Shown in pieces: positions 20,893-32,051 of a DNA stretch of 64,000 bases. The position numbers were made by a program, and so were the translations under genes. The notes below the pieces were generated by a model, which saw only the letters and a list, made by a program, of their open reading frames with translations, had not been told where the DNA came from and made no database searches. The DNA is from an uncultured Actinomycetes bacterium (GTDB taxonomy: Bacteria; Actinomycetota; Thermoleophilia; UBA2241). Where the stretch lies: positions 33,370 to 97,369 of the forward strand of contig CAVWIH010000010.1 in the NCBI GenBank assembly GCA_963755025.1, read 5' to 3'. Numbering within the stretch: position 1 is the stretch's first letter; the number at the start of each line of letters is the position of its first letter.

Positions 20893-22524
20893 GTGTCTGA
20901 AGAACTAGCTTATGCACGTAAGGCAAGCGGCCTGGTGCGCGGCCTCTCCATGATGGACGCGTTCGCGGTCGGGTTTATGAACCAGGGCCTCACGCCCAGT
21001 ATCTGGGTGGTCGTCAGTCTCGGTCTTGGCGTGTTCCTCGGCGGCAACCTCATCTACGCCGCCATCATCTCGGCGGTGTTCGCCGGCATCGGCTTCCCGC
21101 TCGTCTGGGGTATCCTCGGCGGCTCCATGCCGCGCTCCGGCGGCGAGTATGTGTACAACTCGCGCATCATCCACCCGATCTACGGCATCGCGCAGAGCTT
21201 CGGCGACGCCGCGATCTGGCTGATGTGGCTGTACGTCCTCGCGCCGCTGGCCGTCGACCCGGGCCTCACCATGACGTTCAACTACATGGGCTGGAGCGGC
21301 GCCGCCAACTGGCTGACCGACTCGAGCTGGCACACCTTCATCGTGGCGAGCCTTTTCAACGTGGTCGGCTTTTTGTTCGTGGTCTTCGGCATCAAGATCT
21401 TCGCCCGCGTGCAGAAGATCGTCATGTTCTTCGGCATCGGCGGCTGCGTCATCATCGGCGTCGTGCTGACGATCACGTCGCGCAACTCGTTCATGGCGAA
21501 GTGGAACGCCGCGGCCCTCGCCAACCACGGGCCCACCTACCACTCGTTCGTCGCTCAGGTCGGGGTGCAGGCAGGGCGCATCATGCCCACGCACACCAAC
21601 TGGAGCGCCACGTTCGGCACCATGGTCGCCATGTCGTGGCTCTTCGCGTACGCCTACTCGATCGCCTTCATCGCCGGCGAGGTCAAGCGCCCCGACAAGT
21701 CGATCATCTGGGCCAACACGTTCGCCATCGCGGTGCCGTTCCTCTTCATGCTCTGGATCGCCATCGTGCTCTACAAGACGGTCGGCTTCCAGTTCCTGAA
21801 CGCCACCGCCTGGAACGACAACAACGGCAACACGCTGGCCTCGATGGCCCACATGCCGCACGGCACCAACTTCATCGACCTCGCCGTGTACTCGTTAGGC
21901 TCATCGGCGACCTGGGCCAAGGTCCTGGCGGCTCTCATGGGCCTCTCGTACGTGGCCTTCACCGTGTGGTGGCTGGCGCTGTCGTACCTGGCCTTCCCGC
22001 GCATCCTGTTCGCGTGGGGCATGGACCGCATGGGCCCGAAGTGGTTCACCGACATCAACCCGCGCTTCGCGAGCCCGGTCAAGAACCACATCCTCTGCCT
22101 CGTCCTCGGCCAGAGCCTGCTGATCCTCTACTACGCGGCCCTGCAGAATCAGATGCAGAACATCGTGCTCACCGGCATGCAGGTGACCTCGGTCTTCATC
22201 CCCACGGCAATCGCCGCCCTGTGGTTCCCGTACTCCAAGCGGGCCAAGGGCGTCTGGGATTCGTCGCCGTACAAGAAGTGGATGTTCCTCGGCCTGCCGG
22301 TCGTGGTCTGGGGCGCCGCAGTCGACCTCGTGTACCTCGGCATCCTGCTCTACTACTTCATCTTCAACTCCGCCGCCAAGCAGTTCACCGGCCCTTCGGT
22401 GATCCTCTTCGTCGGCGTCTGGGTGCTGGGCATCATCTGGTACTTCTCCTGGAGTGCCTACAACAAGGCGAAGTCCGGCATGGACATCTCGGCCGTCACC
22501 TACGGCGAGCTGCCTCCGGAGTGA
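20893..22524 (+). CDS. APC-family amino acid/amine permease
   Basis: About 12 hydrophobic segments. ARKASGLVR N-terminus, MPRSGGEYVY, AGEVK, PRILFAWGMDR motifs. Confidence 0.88.
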   Translation: MSEELAYARKASGLVRGLSMMDAFAVGFMNQGLTPSIWVVVSLGLGVFLGGNLIYAAIISAVFAGIGFPLVWGILGGSMPRSGGEYVYNSRIIHPIYGIAQSFGDAAIWLMWLYVLAPLAVDPGLTMTFNYMGWSGAANWLTDSSWHTFIVASLFNVVGFLFVVFGIKIFARVQKIVMFFGIGGCVIIGVVLTITSRNSFMAKWNAAALANHGPTYHSFVAQVGVQAGRIMPTHTNWSATFGTMVAMSWLFAYAYSIAFIAGEVKRPDKSIIWANTFAIAVPFLFMLWIAIVLYKTVGFQFLNATAWNDNNGNTLASMAHMPHGTNFIDLAVYSLGSSATWAKVLAALMGLSYVAFTVWWLALSYLAFPRILFAWGMDRMGPKWFTDINPRFASPVKNHILCLVLGQSLLILYYAALQNQMQNIVLTGMQVTSVFIPTAIAALWFPYSKRAKGVWDSSPYKKWMFLGLPVVVWGAAVDLVYLGILLYYFIFNSAAKQFTGPSVILFVGVWVLGIIWYFSWSAYNKAKSGMDISAVTYGELPPE

Positions 22525-22537
22525 CCTGACAGTCCGC

Positions 22538-22577
22538 GTGGGGGGCGGGAGCCCTGCTCCCGCCCCCCACTTTTGTT
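22538..22577 (+). terminator. Intrinsic terminator between permease and metallophosphoesterase
   Basis: 15-bp stem GTGGGGGGCGGGAGC-cct-GCTCCCGCCCCCCAC followed by TTTTGTT. Confidence 0.7.
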
Positions 22578-22594
22578 CACGAGGAGCGTGATAG

Positions 22595-23527
22595 ATGATC
22601 AAACTGTTCTACGTCACAGATATCCACGGATCAAACGTCTGCTACCGCAAGTTCCTGAACGCGCTGCCTATCTACGGCGTCGACGTCGCCGTGCTGAACG
22701 GCGACCTGCTCGGCAAGGTGCTCATCCCCATGGTCGAGAAGGCCGGCGGGGGCTGGGAGTGCCACCTCATGGGCATGTACACCGAGATGAACACCGAGCA
22801 GGAGCTCGCCGACGTCAAGAAGATCATCGAGAACGCGGGCTACTACTGGATTCACCAGACCCGCGAGGAGTTCGAGGCCACCAAGGCCGACCCCAAGCAG
22901 ATCGACAAGCTCTTCAAGCACGCCGCCTACGAGCGCATCCAGCAGTGGCTCGAGCTCGCCGACGAGCGCCTCGAGGGCAAGAGCCACCAGATGTACATCT
23001 GCCCGGGTAACGACGACTGGTGGGAAGTCGACGACATGATCTCCTGCATGAAGGTCATCAAGCCGTGCGACAACCTCGTCGTCGACATCGACGGTCACGA
23101 GATGGTCTCGTGCTCGCGCAGCAACCCGACCCCGTGGGACACGCCCCGCGAGGAGTCAGAAGAAGACCTCGCCGTGCACCTCGACGAGCTCTGCAAGCGC
23201 GTCAACAACTACGAAGGGGCGATCTTCAACTTCCACGTGCCGCCCCACGGCTACTCGCTCGACCTCTGCCCCAAGCTCGACAAAGACATGAAGATGTCGG
23301 CCGAAGAGAAGATCCACGCCGGCAGCCTGGGCGCCAAGCAGGTCATCGAGAAGTATCAGCCGCTGCTGGGCCTTCACGGTCACATCCACGAGTCGCGCGG
23401 CGCCCAGAAGGCCGGTCGCACGCTCATGATCAACCCCGGCAGCGAGTACTCCGAGGGCATCCTCAAGGGTGTCATCATCATGCTCGACAAGAAGAAGGTG
23501 AAGGACTACGTCTTCACGCAGGGTTGA
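22595..23527 (+). CDS. Icc-like calcineurin-fold metallophosphoesterase
   Basis: TDIHGS, NGDL, PGNDD, FHVPP, GLHGHIHES, INPGS. Confidence 0.88.
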   Translation: MIKLFYVTDIHGSNVCYRKFLNALPIYGVDVAVLNGDLLGKVLIPMVEKAGGGWECHLMGMYTEMNTEQELADVKKIIENAGYYWIHQTREEFEATKADPKQIDKLFKHAAYERIQQWLELADERLEGKSHQMYICPGNDDWWEVDDMISCMKVIKPCDNLVVDIDGHEMVSCSRSNPTPWDTPREESEEDLAVHLDELCKRVNNYEGAIFNFHVPPHGYSLDLCPKLDKDMKMSAEEKIHAGSLGAKQVIEKYQPLLGLHGHIHESRGAQKAGRTLMINPGSEYSEGILKGVIIMLDKKKVKDYVFTQG

Positions 23528-23585
23528 TCTGCATGCAGCGCGTCCCGAGAGCCTCCTTGTGGCCCAACAAAGGCGGTAGCAGGCG

Positions 23586-24398
23586 ATGAGCACCAAGCCC
23601 TTCATCCTGCCCAAGGACATACCGATCGAGCAGTACCCCAAGCCCGAAGCCTTCCTGGCCGAGGGCAAGCGGATCGTCGACGCGGCTCGCGAAGCCGGCA
23701 TCGTCATGCGGGTCATGGGCCCGCTGGCGCTGCACTACTACTTCCCCGAGCAGATCGAGCTGTACGCCAGGCTCGAGCGCTTAGGCGAGCGCTATTTCAC
23801 CGACATCGACTACGCCGCGTACGGCAAGACCAGCGGCAAGATGCCCAAGTTCATGGAGACGCTCGGCTACGAGTGCGACCTGCAGACCATGATGAGCTCG
23901 GGCAAGACCCGGCACATCTACTACGCCGGTCCCGTCCCCATGATCGACGTGTTCTTCGACAAGCTCGACTACTGTCACGAGGTCCTCTACAAAGACCGCC
24001 TCGAGCTCGACCCCTACAGCGTGTCGCTCGCCGACATCATGCTGCAGAAGTTGCAGATCTGGGAGATCAACGACAAGGACCTCAAGGACATCGAGTACCT
24101 GCTCACCACCGCCGCGATCGGCGACGACGACACGCAGAAGATCAACCAGTCGTACATCGCCAAGCGCTTCGGCGACGACTGGGGCTTCTGGTACACGGCC
24201 ACCACCAACTTCGGCCGGGTCAAAGACCACGTCGACAAGGTGGCGGCGTTCACCGAAGAGCAGAGACAACACATCAAGGACCGCTGCGACCAGTTCCTGG
24301 CGCGCATCGAGGCCGAGCCCAAGACCAAGGCGTGGACCAAGCGCGCCAAGAAGGGCACGGACAAGCTCTGGTACAACACGGGCTTCTCGGACTGGTGA
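23586..24398 (+). CDS. Conserved hypothetical protein, possible nucleotidyltransferase fold
   Basis: Strong coding bias; RVMGPLAL...TDIDY (hG..A...DxD), IDVF, KLQI and NDKDLKD. Confidence 0.65.
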   Translation: MSTKPFILPKDIPIEQYPKPEAFLAEGKRIVDAAREAGIVMRVMGPLALHYYFPEQIELYARLERLGERYFTDIDYAAYGKTSGKMPKFMETLGYECDLQTMMSSGKTRHIYYAGPVPMIDVFFDKLDYCHEVLYKDRLELDPYSVSLADIMLQKLQIWEINDKDLKDIEYLLTTAAIGDDDTQKINQSYIAKRFGDDWGFWYTATTNFGRVKDHVDKVAAFTEEQRQHIKDRCDQFLARIEAEPKTKAWTKRAKKGTDKLWYNTGFSDW

Positions 24399-24456
24399 CA
24401 GTCGGCGGTTCCCAGCTGCGGCCCTGAGGGGGGCGGCTGCACGGGCGGCGGAGGTA

Positions 24457-24503
24457 GCGGCGACGGTCGGGGGGCCGTCGTCGCCCCGCCGCCCTTTTTC
24501 TTT
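24457..24503 (+). terminator. Intrinsic terminator after the permease operon
   Basis: GC hairpin (GCGGCGACGG...CCGTCGTCGC) followed by TTTTTCTTT. Confidence 0.5.
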
Positions 24504-24756
24504 GGGCGCGCACGGGCGCGCACGGGCGACAGGCGCGGTCCGTGCGCCGCACCGGCCCCCGAGCCCGCGCCACCGCTGCTGTGCGAGCCTGCGGCCCGCT
24601 CGACACGCCGCTGGGAGTACGAGTTTCTTCCTATGTATTTGCAGCGCCGCTCGAGGTGGTGTAGGTTTTCGGCGTTGTGGAACGGTCGTCGCTTGTAGCG
24701 GCGACCCCGGGGGGTTGCCGCACGGCAAACCGCGGCAGGTAGCAGGAGGGAACGCG

Positions 24757-24960
24757 TTGGCCCGAGGAACAGTCAAATGGTTCAGCAATGAGAAGGGGTA
24801 CGGCTTCATCGAGCGCGAAGAAGGTGAAGACCTGTTCGTCCACTTCTCGGAGATCCAGGTCGACGGCTACAAGACCCTGAACCAGGGTCAGGCCGTCGAG
24901 TTTGAGATCGCCCAGAGCGACAAGGGCCTGCAGGCCTCCAAGGTCGTGCCGGTCGGCTGA
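24757..24960 (+). CDS. cspA: Cold-shock protein
   Basis: [15 protein letters not shown]...[17 protein letters not shown]; AGGAGG RBS before TTG. Confidence 0.93.
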   Translation: MARGTVKWFSNEKGYGFIEREEGEDLFVHFSEIQVDGYKTLNQGQAVEFEIAQSDKGLQASKVVPVG

Positions 24961-24985
24961 CACCGACCCGAACCTTGTACCGCTC

Positions 24986-25032
24986 CGCGACCCCGCCGGC
25001 CCCACACGGGCCGGCGGGGTCGCGTTTCGTTT
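24986..25032 (+). terminator. Intrinsic terminator after csp
   Basis: 17-bp stem CGCGACCCCGCCGGCCC/GGGCCGGCGGGGTCGCG followed by TTTCGTTT. Confidence 0.75.
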
Positions 25033-25169
25033 GAGATGGGCCTGGCGGGGTCGCGTTCGTAGCGAGTCCGGAGCGCCGCTCGCCACGCTCGCCACGGGCC
25101 TCTTGCCCAGCGCGTCCTGTGGTACGATTGCAGGCCCGCGCGAGCGGGGTGTGTGAGGAGGACTCGCGT

Positions 25170-25454
25170 ATGATCGACCAAAACGATGTCCGTCACGTCG
25201 CCCGTCTGGCGCGGCTGCGCCTTGAGCCCGGCGAGGCCGAGCGCATGACCACGGAGCTCGCCAAGATCCTCGAGCACATCGACAAGCTCAGCGAGCTCGA
25301 TCTGAGCACGGTCGAACCCACCGCTCATGTGCTCGCGGTGACCGACGTGGTGCGGCCCGACAAACCGCGGCCCAGCCTGCCGCGCGCCGAAGCGCTGCGC
25401 AACGCGCCCGCGGTGAGCGACGACTGTTTCCGCGTGCCCCGGATGCAGTCATGA
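25170..25454 (+). CDS. gatC: Asp/Glu-tRNA amidotransferase subunit C
   Basis: VRHVARLARL...ILEHIDKLSELD...EPT...NAP...FRVP; upstream of gatA. Confidence 0.93.
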   Translation: MIDQNDVRHVARLARLRLEPGEAERMTTELAKILEHIDKLSELDLSTVEPTAHVLAVTDVVRPDKPRPSLPRAEALRNAPAVSDDCFRVPRMQS

Positions 25455-26965
25455 CGGCCGGTCTCGACCCACTGCGCCTGACGGCGCGTGAAGCCCGGCG
25501 CCTGCTGACCGACGGCGAGATCGCCGCCTCCGAGCTCACCAAGACCTACCTCGACCAGATCGCGCGCGTCGAAGGCAAGGTGCACGCCTTCATCCAGGTG
25601 ACCGCCGACAACGCCGCCAAGTACGCCACCGAGATCGACCAGGAGATGGGCGCCACGCGTGGCGCCCTGGCCGGCCTGCCCACCGCCATCAAAGACAACA
25701 TGGTCACCGAGAGCGTCACCACCACCTGTGGCTCGAAGATGCTCGGCAACTACCAGCCGGTCTACACCGCCACGGCGGTGCGCCGCATCTGGGGCGACCA
25801 TATCGTCATGCTGGGCAAAGCCAACATGGACGAGTTCGCCATGGGTTCGTCGACAGAGAACTCGGCCTTCGGCCCCACCCACAACCCCTGGGACCTCGGC
25901 ACCGTGCCGGGCGGCTCGTCGGGCGGCTCCGCCGCCGCCGTGGCGGCCGGCGAGGCGCTGTGGGCCCTGGGCTCCGACACCGGCGGTTCCATCCGTCAAC
26001 CGGCGGCGCTGTGCGGCGTCGTGGGCATGAAGCCCACCTACGGCGCCGTGTCGCGCTACGGCCTCATCGCCTTTGCCAGCTCGCTCGACCAGATCGGGCC
26101 GCTCACCCGCACGGTCTACGACTGCGCCCTGCTGCTGCGCCGCATCGTCGGTCGCGACCCCTGCGACTCGACCTCGGTGGCCCTGCCCGGCGAGATCGAG
26201 CTGCCCACCGCCGAGCGCCTCGACGGCCTGCGCTTCGGCATTCCCGCCGAGTACGTGGCGACCGGCATCGAGCCCGGTGTGCTGGCCCGCTTCGAAGCCA
26301 CCGTGGCCCTCATCGAAGAGCTCGGCGCGACCTGCGTCGAGATCAGCCTGCCGCACACCGAGTACGCCCTGCCGGCCTACTACATCATCGCGCCGGCCGA
26401 GGCCAGCGCGAACCTGGCGCGCTTCGACGGCGTGCGCTACGGCTACCGTTCGGAGCACGCCGCCGACCTCACCGAGATGTACGAAGCCACCCGCGGCGAG
26501 GGCTTCGGCCCCGAGGTCAAGCGCCGCATCATGATCGGCACGCACGCCCTCTCGTCGGGCTACTACGACGCCTACTACGGCCAGGCCCAGCGGGTGCGCA
26601 CGCTCGTGCGGCGCGACTTCGAGACGGCTTTCGCCCAGGTCGACCTGATCGTCTCACCGACCTCGCCCACGGTCGCCTTTGGCCTGGGCACGCGCACCGC
26701 CGACCCGCTCGCCATGTACCAGAGCGACATCTGCACGATCCCCGTGAACCTGGCGGGGCTGCCGGCGATCTCCATACCGTGCGGCCTGGCGGGCCACCTG
26801 CCGGTCGGCTTTCAGCTCATGGGGCCGGCCTTCTCCGAGAACCGCCTGCTGAGCGCGGCCCACGCCCTCGAAGGGGCGATCGGCTTCAGCGCCGTGCCCA
26901 CCTTCACCGACTCGCGCGCCGCGGCGGGCGGGCCGGGCGGCACAACGGCCGAGGAGCGCTCATGA
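25451..26965 (+). CDS. gatA: Asp/Glu-tRNA amidotransferase subunit A
   Basis: IKDN, NMDEFAMGSSTENS, GGSSGGSAAAV, GSDTGGSIRQPA, EVKRRIMIGT. Confidence 0.96.
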   Translation: MTAGLDPLRLTAREARRLLTDGEIAASELTKTYLDQIARVEGKVHAFIQVTADNAAKYATEIDQEMGATRGALAGLPTAIKDNMVTESVTTTCGSKMLGNYQPVYTATAVRRIWGDHIVMLGKANMDEFAMGSSTENSAFGPTHNPWDLGTVPGGSSGGSAAAVAAGEALWALGSDTGGSIRQPAALCGVVGMKPTYGAVSRYGLIAFASSLDQIGPLTRTVYDCALLLRRIVGRDPCDSTSVALPGEIELPTAERLDGLRFGIPAEYVATGIEPGVLARFEATVALIEELGATCVEISLPHTEYALPAYYIIAPAEASANLARFDGVRYGYRSEHAADLTEMYEATRGEGFGPEVKRRIMIGTHALSSGYYDAYYGQAQRVRTLVRRDFETAFAQVDLIVSPTSPTVAFGLGTRTADPLAMYQSDICTIPVNLAGLPAISIPCGLAGHLPVGFQLMGPAFSENRLLSAAHALEGAIGFSAVPTFTDSRAAAGGPGGTTAEERS

Positions 26966-28437
26966 GCGCCTGGGAGCCGGTCATCGGCCTCGAGGTCCAC
27001 GTCGAGCTCGACACCGCGACCAAGATGTTCTGCGGCTGCGCGGTGACCAAGGGCGACGAGCCCAACACGCACACCTGCCCGGTCTGCCTGGCCCACCCGG
27101 GGGCGCTGCCGGTGGTCAACGAGCGCGCCGTCGAGTACGCCGCGCGCATCGCGCTGGCCCTGGGCTGCACGGTGCGGCCGCGCAGCATCTTCCACCGCAA
27201 GAACTACTTCTATCCCGACCTGCCCAAGGCCTATCAGATCAGCCAGTACGACGAGCCCCTGGCCGTGGCCGGTTCGTTCGACTACTGGGTGGGCGAGCGC
27301 AAGCTCTCGTGTCGCATCAACCGGGTGCACATGGAAGAAGATGCCGCCAAGCTCATCCACGCGGGCGGCGAGGCCGGGCGCATCGCCGGCTCCGACTACT
27401 CCATGGTCGACTTCAACCGCGGCGGCACGCCGCTCATCGAGATCGTCGGCGAGCCCGACATTCCCTCGCCCGAAGCCGCCCGCGAGTTCCTGCAGCAGCT
27501 GCGCAACCTGGTCGTCGGCCTCGGCGTGAGCGAGTGCAACATGGAAGAAGGCCAGATCCGCTGGGACGCCAACCTGAGCGTGCGGCCGGCCGGCAGCACC
27601 GAGCTCGGCACGCGCACCGAGCTCAAGAACATGAACAGCTTCCGCTACCTGCAGCAGGCCCTCGAGGCCGAGTTCCCGCGCCAGGTCGCCGTGCTCGAAG
27701 CCGGCGGCGCCATCGGCCAGGAGACCCTGCACTTCGACCCCGAGACCGGCGTCACCACGCCGCTGCGCTCCAAAGAAGAGGCCCACGACTACCGCTACTT
27801 CCCCGAACCCGACCTCGTGCCGCTGACCACGAGCGAGGCCTGGATCGACGCCGTGCGCGCCGCGCTGCCCGAACTGCCCGCGGCCCGCGTCGAGCGCTTC
27901 AGCACCCAGTACGGGCTGTCGCGCTACGACGCCGCGGTGCTCGGTGGCGGGGCGGCCATGGCGGCCTTCTACGAAGAGCTCGTGGCCGAGGGCACCGACC
28001 CCAAGCTGGCCGCCAACTGGGCCATGGGCGAGTACTCGGCGCACCTGAACGCGGCCGGCCTCGAACCCGGCCACGGCCACGTGACCGCGCCGCGCCTGGC
28101 GGCCCTGCTGCGCCTCGTGACCGGCGGTCAGGTCTCCGGCACGGCCGCCAAGCAGGTCTTCGCCTACATGGTCGACGAGCGCGGCGAGCCGGCCGACATA
28201 GTGGCCCGCCACGACCTGGGCCAGGTCTCCGACTCGAGCGAGCTCGAAGCCGCCGTGGCGGCCGTGCTGGCCGCGCACCCCGCGCAGGTCGAGCAGTACC
28301 ACGCCGGCAAAGAGGCGCTGGCCGGCTTCTTCGTGGGCCAGGTCATGAAAGCGACGCAGGGCAAAGGCAACCCCCAGCTCGTCGGCGAGCTCGTGCGAGC
28401 GGCGCTCGCCGGCGACGAGCGTAAAGGACCGGCATGA
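26962..28437 (+). CDS. gatB: Asp/Glu-tRNA amidotransferase subunit B
   Basis: VIGLEVHVEL, RKNYFYPDLPKAYQISQ, HMEEDA, RSKEEAHDYRYFPEPDL, GFFVGQVMK. Confidence 0.96.
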   Translation: MSAWEPVIGLEVHVELDTATKMFCGCAVTKGDEPNTHTCPVCLAHPGALPVVNERAVEYAARIALALGCTVRPRSIFHRKNYFYPDLPKAYQISQYDEPLAVAGSFDYWVGERKLSCRINRVHMEEDAAKLIHAGGEAGRIAGSDYSMVDFNRGGTPLIEIVGEPDIPSPEAAREFLQQLRNLVVGLGVSECNMEEGQIRWDANLSVRPAGSTELGTRTELKNMNSFRYLQQALEAEFPRQVAVLEAGGAIGQETLHFDPETGVTTPLRSKEEAHDYRYFPEPDLVPLTTSEAWIDAVRAALPELPAARVERFSTQYGLSRYDAAVLGGGAAMAAFYEELVAEGTDPKLAANWAMGEYSAHLNAAGLEPGHGHVTAPRLAALLRLVTGGQVSGTAAKQVFAYMVDERGEPADIVARHDLGQVSDSSELEAAVAAVLAAHPAQVEQYHAGKEALAGFFVGQVMKATQGKGNPQLVGELVRAALAGDERKGPA

Positions 28438-29716
28438 GCGAGTTCCGCCCAGGCGATCTGTCGAGCTTCATCATCGCCGAAGAGGCGCCGGCCGAAGGCC
28501 CGCCGGTGCGCATCGACGACACCACCCTGCGCGACGGCGAGCAGACCGCCGGCGTCGTGTTCTCGAACCACGAGAAGATCCGCATAGCGCGCCTGCTGGG
28601 CGACGTCGGCGTGCACCAGATCGAGGTCGGCATCCCGGCCATGCTGGGCGACGAAAAGGCGGCCATCGCGCAGATCGTCGAGCTTGGTCTCAAGCCCTCG
28701 ATCCTCGCCTGGAACCGCGCCGTCATCTCCGACATCCAGCACTCCATCGACTGCGGCGTCGACGCCGTCGCCATCTCCATGTCGGCGAGCGACATCCACA
28801 TCGAGCACAAGCTGGCCAAATCGAGGCAGTGGGTGCTCGACCAGATCCGCGAGTGCGTGGCCTTCGCCAAAGAGGCCGGCGTGTACGTGTCGGTGAACGC
28901 CGAAGACGCCTCGCGCGCCGACCTCGAGTTTCTGCTGCGCTTCGGGCGGGCCGCCAAGAAGAGGGCGCCGACCGCCTGCGCTTCTGCGACACGCTGGGCA
29001 TTCTCGACCCCTTCGACACCTACAACGTGATCAGCTTCCTCACCCGCCAGGGCCTCGAGATCGAGATGCACACCCACGACGACTTCGGCATGGCCACGGC
29101 CAACGCCCTGGCCGGCATCAAGGCCGGCGCGACCTACGTGAACACCACGGTCAACGGCCTCGGCGAGCGCGCCGGCAACGCCGCCCTCGAAGAGGTCGTC
29201 ATGGCCCTCAAGTTCCTGGGCCACGTCGACCTGGGGCTGCACACCTCGCAGTTCCGCGAGCTGTGCGAGTACGTGGCCGCCGCCTCGGCGCGCTCGATCC
29301 CCTCGTGGAAGAGCATCGTGGGCACCAACGTCTTCGCCCACGAATCGGGCATCCACGCCGACGGCGTCATCAAGAACCCGCTCAACTACGAGGCTTACGC
29401 CCCCGAAGACGTGGGCCTCGAGCGGCAGATCGTGGTGGGCAAGCACTCGGGCTCGCGCACCATCTACCGCAAGTTCCAGGAGTTCGGCATCGAGCTCTCC
29501 GACCACGACGCCAGCGAGATCCTGAAGATGGTCCGCCAGACGGCGATCGAGCTCAAGCGCGCGCTGTTCTCCAAGGAGATCATGTACATCTACCAGGACT
29601 ACATCGCGAGTCTCGCCGCCGCCGCCGAAGCCGATGCCGCCGAGGCCCCCACTGCCGAGGCCCCCGCGGCCGCCGCCGGCGGCGCCGTCACGGCCACGCC
29701 GGCCGCCCGCGACTAG
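28434..29716 (+). CDS. Homocitrate synthase / Re-citrate synthase-like (DRE-TIM) enzyme (frameshift ~28960)
   Basis: DTTLRDGEQTAGV, EDASRAD, CDTLG, HTHDDFGMATAN, GLGERAGNAALEE, FAHESGIH; no LeuA regulatory domain. Confidence 0.85.
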
Positions 29717-29717
29717 C

Positions 29718-30992
29718 ATGGCGGCCACCCTCGCCGAAAAGCTCATCGCCGCGCACGCCGGGCTCGACTCCGTGGCGCCCGGCCAGATCGTGGTCGCCCT
29801 GGTCGACGTGGCCATCGCCCAGGACGGCACCGGCCCGCTCGCCATCCAGCAGCTGCGCGACCTCGGCCGCGTGCACGTCAAGGTACCCACGGCTGTCTTC
29901 TTCATCGACCACGCGGCGCCCTCGCCGCGGGTCGAGCTCTCCAACGCCCACCAGCTCGTGCGGCGCTTCTGCGACGAGACCGGGGCCATCCTGTCCGACG
30001 TCGAGATGGGCGTCTGCCACCAGCGCGTGGCCGAGAGCTTCGCCAAGCCGGGCGACCTGGTGATTGGCGCCGACTCGCACACCTGCACCGCCGGCGCGCT
30101 GGGCGCCTTTGCCACCGGCATGGGCTCGACCGACGTCGCCATCGGCATGGCGACCGGCCAGACCTGGCTGCGCGTGCCCGAGACGCTGCGCGTAGAGGTC
30201 GGCGGGCGCTTCGCCGACGGCGTCGGCGCCAAAGACCTCATCCTCACCGTCATCGGCCGCCTGGGCGCCGACGGCGCCACCTACAAGGCGCTCGAGTTCG
30301 GCGGGCCGGCCATCGAGGCCCTGCCCATGCACGAGCGTCTTACGCTCACCAACATGGCTGTCGAAGCCGGCGCCAAGACCGGCCTCATCGCCAGCGACGA
30401 CGTCACCCGGGTGTTCCTGGCGGCCCAGGGCCGCCCCGACGACTACCGCGCCGTGGCCGCCGACCCGGGCGCCGCTTACGAACGCTCGCTGTCATTTTTG
30501 GCCGACGAGCTCGTGCCCATGGTCGCGGCGCCGCACACGGTCGACAACGTGCGCAGCGCCGCGTCGCTCGCCGGAACCAGGGTCGACCAGGTGCTGATCG
30601 GCACGTGCACCAACGGCCGCCTCGACGACCTGCGCTCGGCCGCCCGCCTGCTGCGCGGCCGCCGGCGCGCGCCACGCACCCGCCTGATCGTCACGCCGGC
30701 CTCGCAGGCCGTGTGGCGCGCCGCCGCCGACGAAGGCCTGCTGCAGGCCTTCGCCGAGGCCGGCGCCGTGGTCACCAACCCCGGCTGCGGCGCCTGCGTG
30801 GGGGTCCACCAGGGCATCCTCGCCGACGGCGAGGTCTGCCTGAGCACCGCCAACCGCAACTTCAAGGGGCGCATGGGCAACACCCTGGGCGCCATCTATC
30901 TGGGCTCACCGCTCACGGCGGCCGCGGCCGCCGTCGCCGGCGAGATCGTCGACCCGCGCGAGCTGCTCGGCTCAGGCGAGTCCGCAACCTAA
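29718..30992 (+). CDS. LeuC/homoaconitase-type dehydratase large subunit
   Basis: [46 protein letters not shown]. Confidence 0.92.
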   Translation: MAATLAEKLIAAHAGLDSVAPGQIVVALVDVAIAQDGTGPLAIQQLRDLGRVHVKVPTAVFFIDHAAPSPRVELSNAHQLVRRFCDETGAILSDVEMGVCHQRVAESFAKPGDLVIGADSHTCTAGALGAFATGMGSTDVAIGMATGQTWLRVPETLRVEVGGRFADGVGAKDLILTVIGRLGADGATYKALEFGGPAIEALPMHERLTLTNMAVEAGAKTGLIASDDVTRVFLAAQGRPDDYRAVAADPGAAYERSLSFLADELVPMVAAPHTVDNVRSAASLAGTRVDQVLIGTCTNGRLDDLRSAARLLRGRRRAPRTRLIVTPASQAVWRAAADEGLLQAFAEAGAVVTNPGCGACVGVHQGILADGEVCLSTANRNFKGRMGNTLGAIYLGSPLTAAAAAVAGEIVDPRELLGSGESAT

Positions 30993-31002
30993 GGAGAACA
31001 GC

Positions 31003-31518
31003 ATGGCTAAGCAGTACGACGCGCCGCCGGCGATGGCTATCGATCCGGCAAAGCGCTACACGGCGACCATCACCACCGACCGCGGCGACATCGTCGCCGA
31101 GCTCTACGCCGACAAGGTGCCGGTCACCGTCAACAACTTCGTCGTGCTGGCCCGCGACGGCTACTACGACGGCGTCACCTTCCACCGCGTCATCGGCAAC
31201 TTCATGGCGCAGACCGGCGACCCCACCGGCACCGGCCGCGGCGGCCCCGGCTACAAGTTCGCCGACGAGTTCGACCCGAGCCTGCGCCACGACGGCCCCG
31301 GCGTGCTCTCCATGGCCAACGCCGGGCCCAACACCAACGGCTCGCAGTTCTTCATCACCCACAAGGCGACGCCGCACCTCGACGGCAAGCACGCCGTGTT
31401 CGGCCGCGTCACCGAGGGCATGGACGTCGTCTTCTCGATCCCCGACCGCGACCCCATGAGCGCCCGCGAGCCCGGCGTCGCCATGACCAAGGTGACCATC
31501 ACCGAGAGCGACGCCTGA
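31003..31518 (+). CDS. Cyclophilin-type peptidyl-prolyl isomerase
   Basis: [50 protein letters not shown]. Confidence 0.95.
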   Translation: MAKQYDAPPAMAIDPAKRYTATITTDRGDIVAELYADKVPVTVNNFVVLARDGYYDGVTFHRVIGNFMAQTGDPTGTGRGGPGYKFADEFDPSLRHDGPGVLSMANAGPNTNGSQFFITHKATPHLDGKHAVFGRVTEGMDVVFSIPDRDPMSAREPGVAMTKVTITESDA

Positions 31519-31523
31519 GCCCC

Positions 31524-32051
31524 ATGCCCGTGCCCGCCACCCACGACGTCCTGCGGGGCCGCGCCTGGACCTTCGGCGACGACATCTCGACCGACCAGAT
31601 CGCGCCGGGCCGGCTGTTCCACCTGCGCACCGACCTGCCCGAGCTCGCCAAGCACGCCCTCGAAGACGAGAACCCCGAGTTCGCCAAGCGCATCAAGCCG
31701 GGCGACTTCGTGGTCGGCGGGCGCAACTTCGGGCTGGGTTCGAGCCGCGAGCACGCCCCGCGCATACTCAAGATCGCCGGAGCGGGGGCGGTGCTGGCGC
31801 AGTCCTTCGCGCGCATCTTCTTTCGCAACGCGATCAACGTGGGGCTGCCGGTCCTGACCTGCGACACCGCCGCGATCGCGCAGTGGGACGACCTCGAGGT
31901 CGACCTCGCCGCCGGCTGCGTGCGCGACCTCACCACGGGGGCGACGGCGCCCTTTGCGCCGCTGCCGCCGGTCATGCGCAAGATCCTCTCCGACGGCGGC
32001 CTCGTCGAGCACTTCCGCAAGTACGGCGAGTTCCATCTGCCCGAGGACTAG
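31524..32051 (+). CDS. LeuD/homoaconitase-type dehydratase small subunit
   Basis: FGDDISTDQIAPG, NFGLGSSREHA, SFARIFFRNAINVGLP, GGLV. Confidence 0.92.
   Translation: MPVPATHDVLRGRAWTFGDDISTDQIAPGRLFHLRTDLPELAKHALEDENPEFAKRIKPGDFVVGGRNFGLGSSREHAPRILKIAGAGAVLAQSFARIFFRNAINVGLPVLTCDTAAIAQWDDLEVDLAAGCVRDLTTGATAPFAPLPPVMRKILSDGGLVEHFRKYGEFHLPED

Noticed and set aside
29714-29720. Amber readthrough fusion of homocitrate synthase to LeuC-like subunit
   Set aside because: The TAG and ATG are separated by 1 nt, so they are out of frame.
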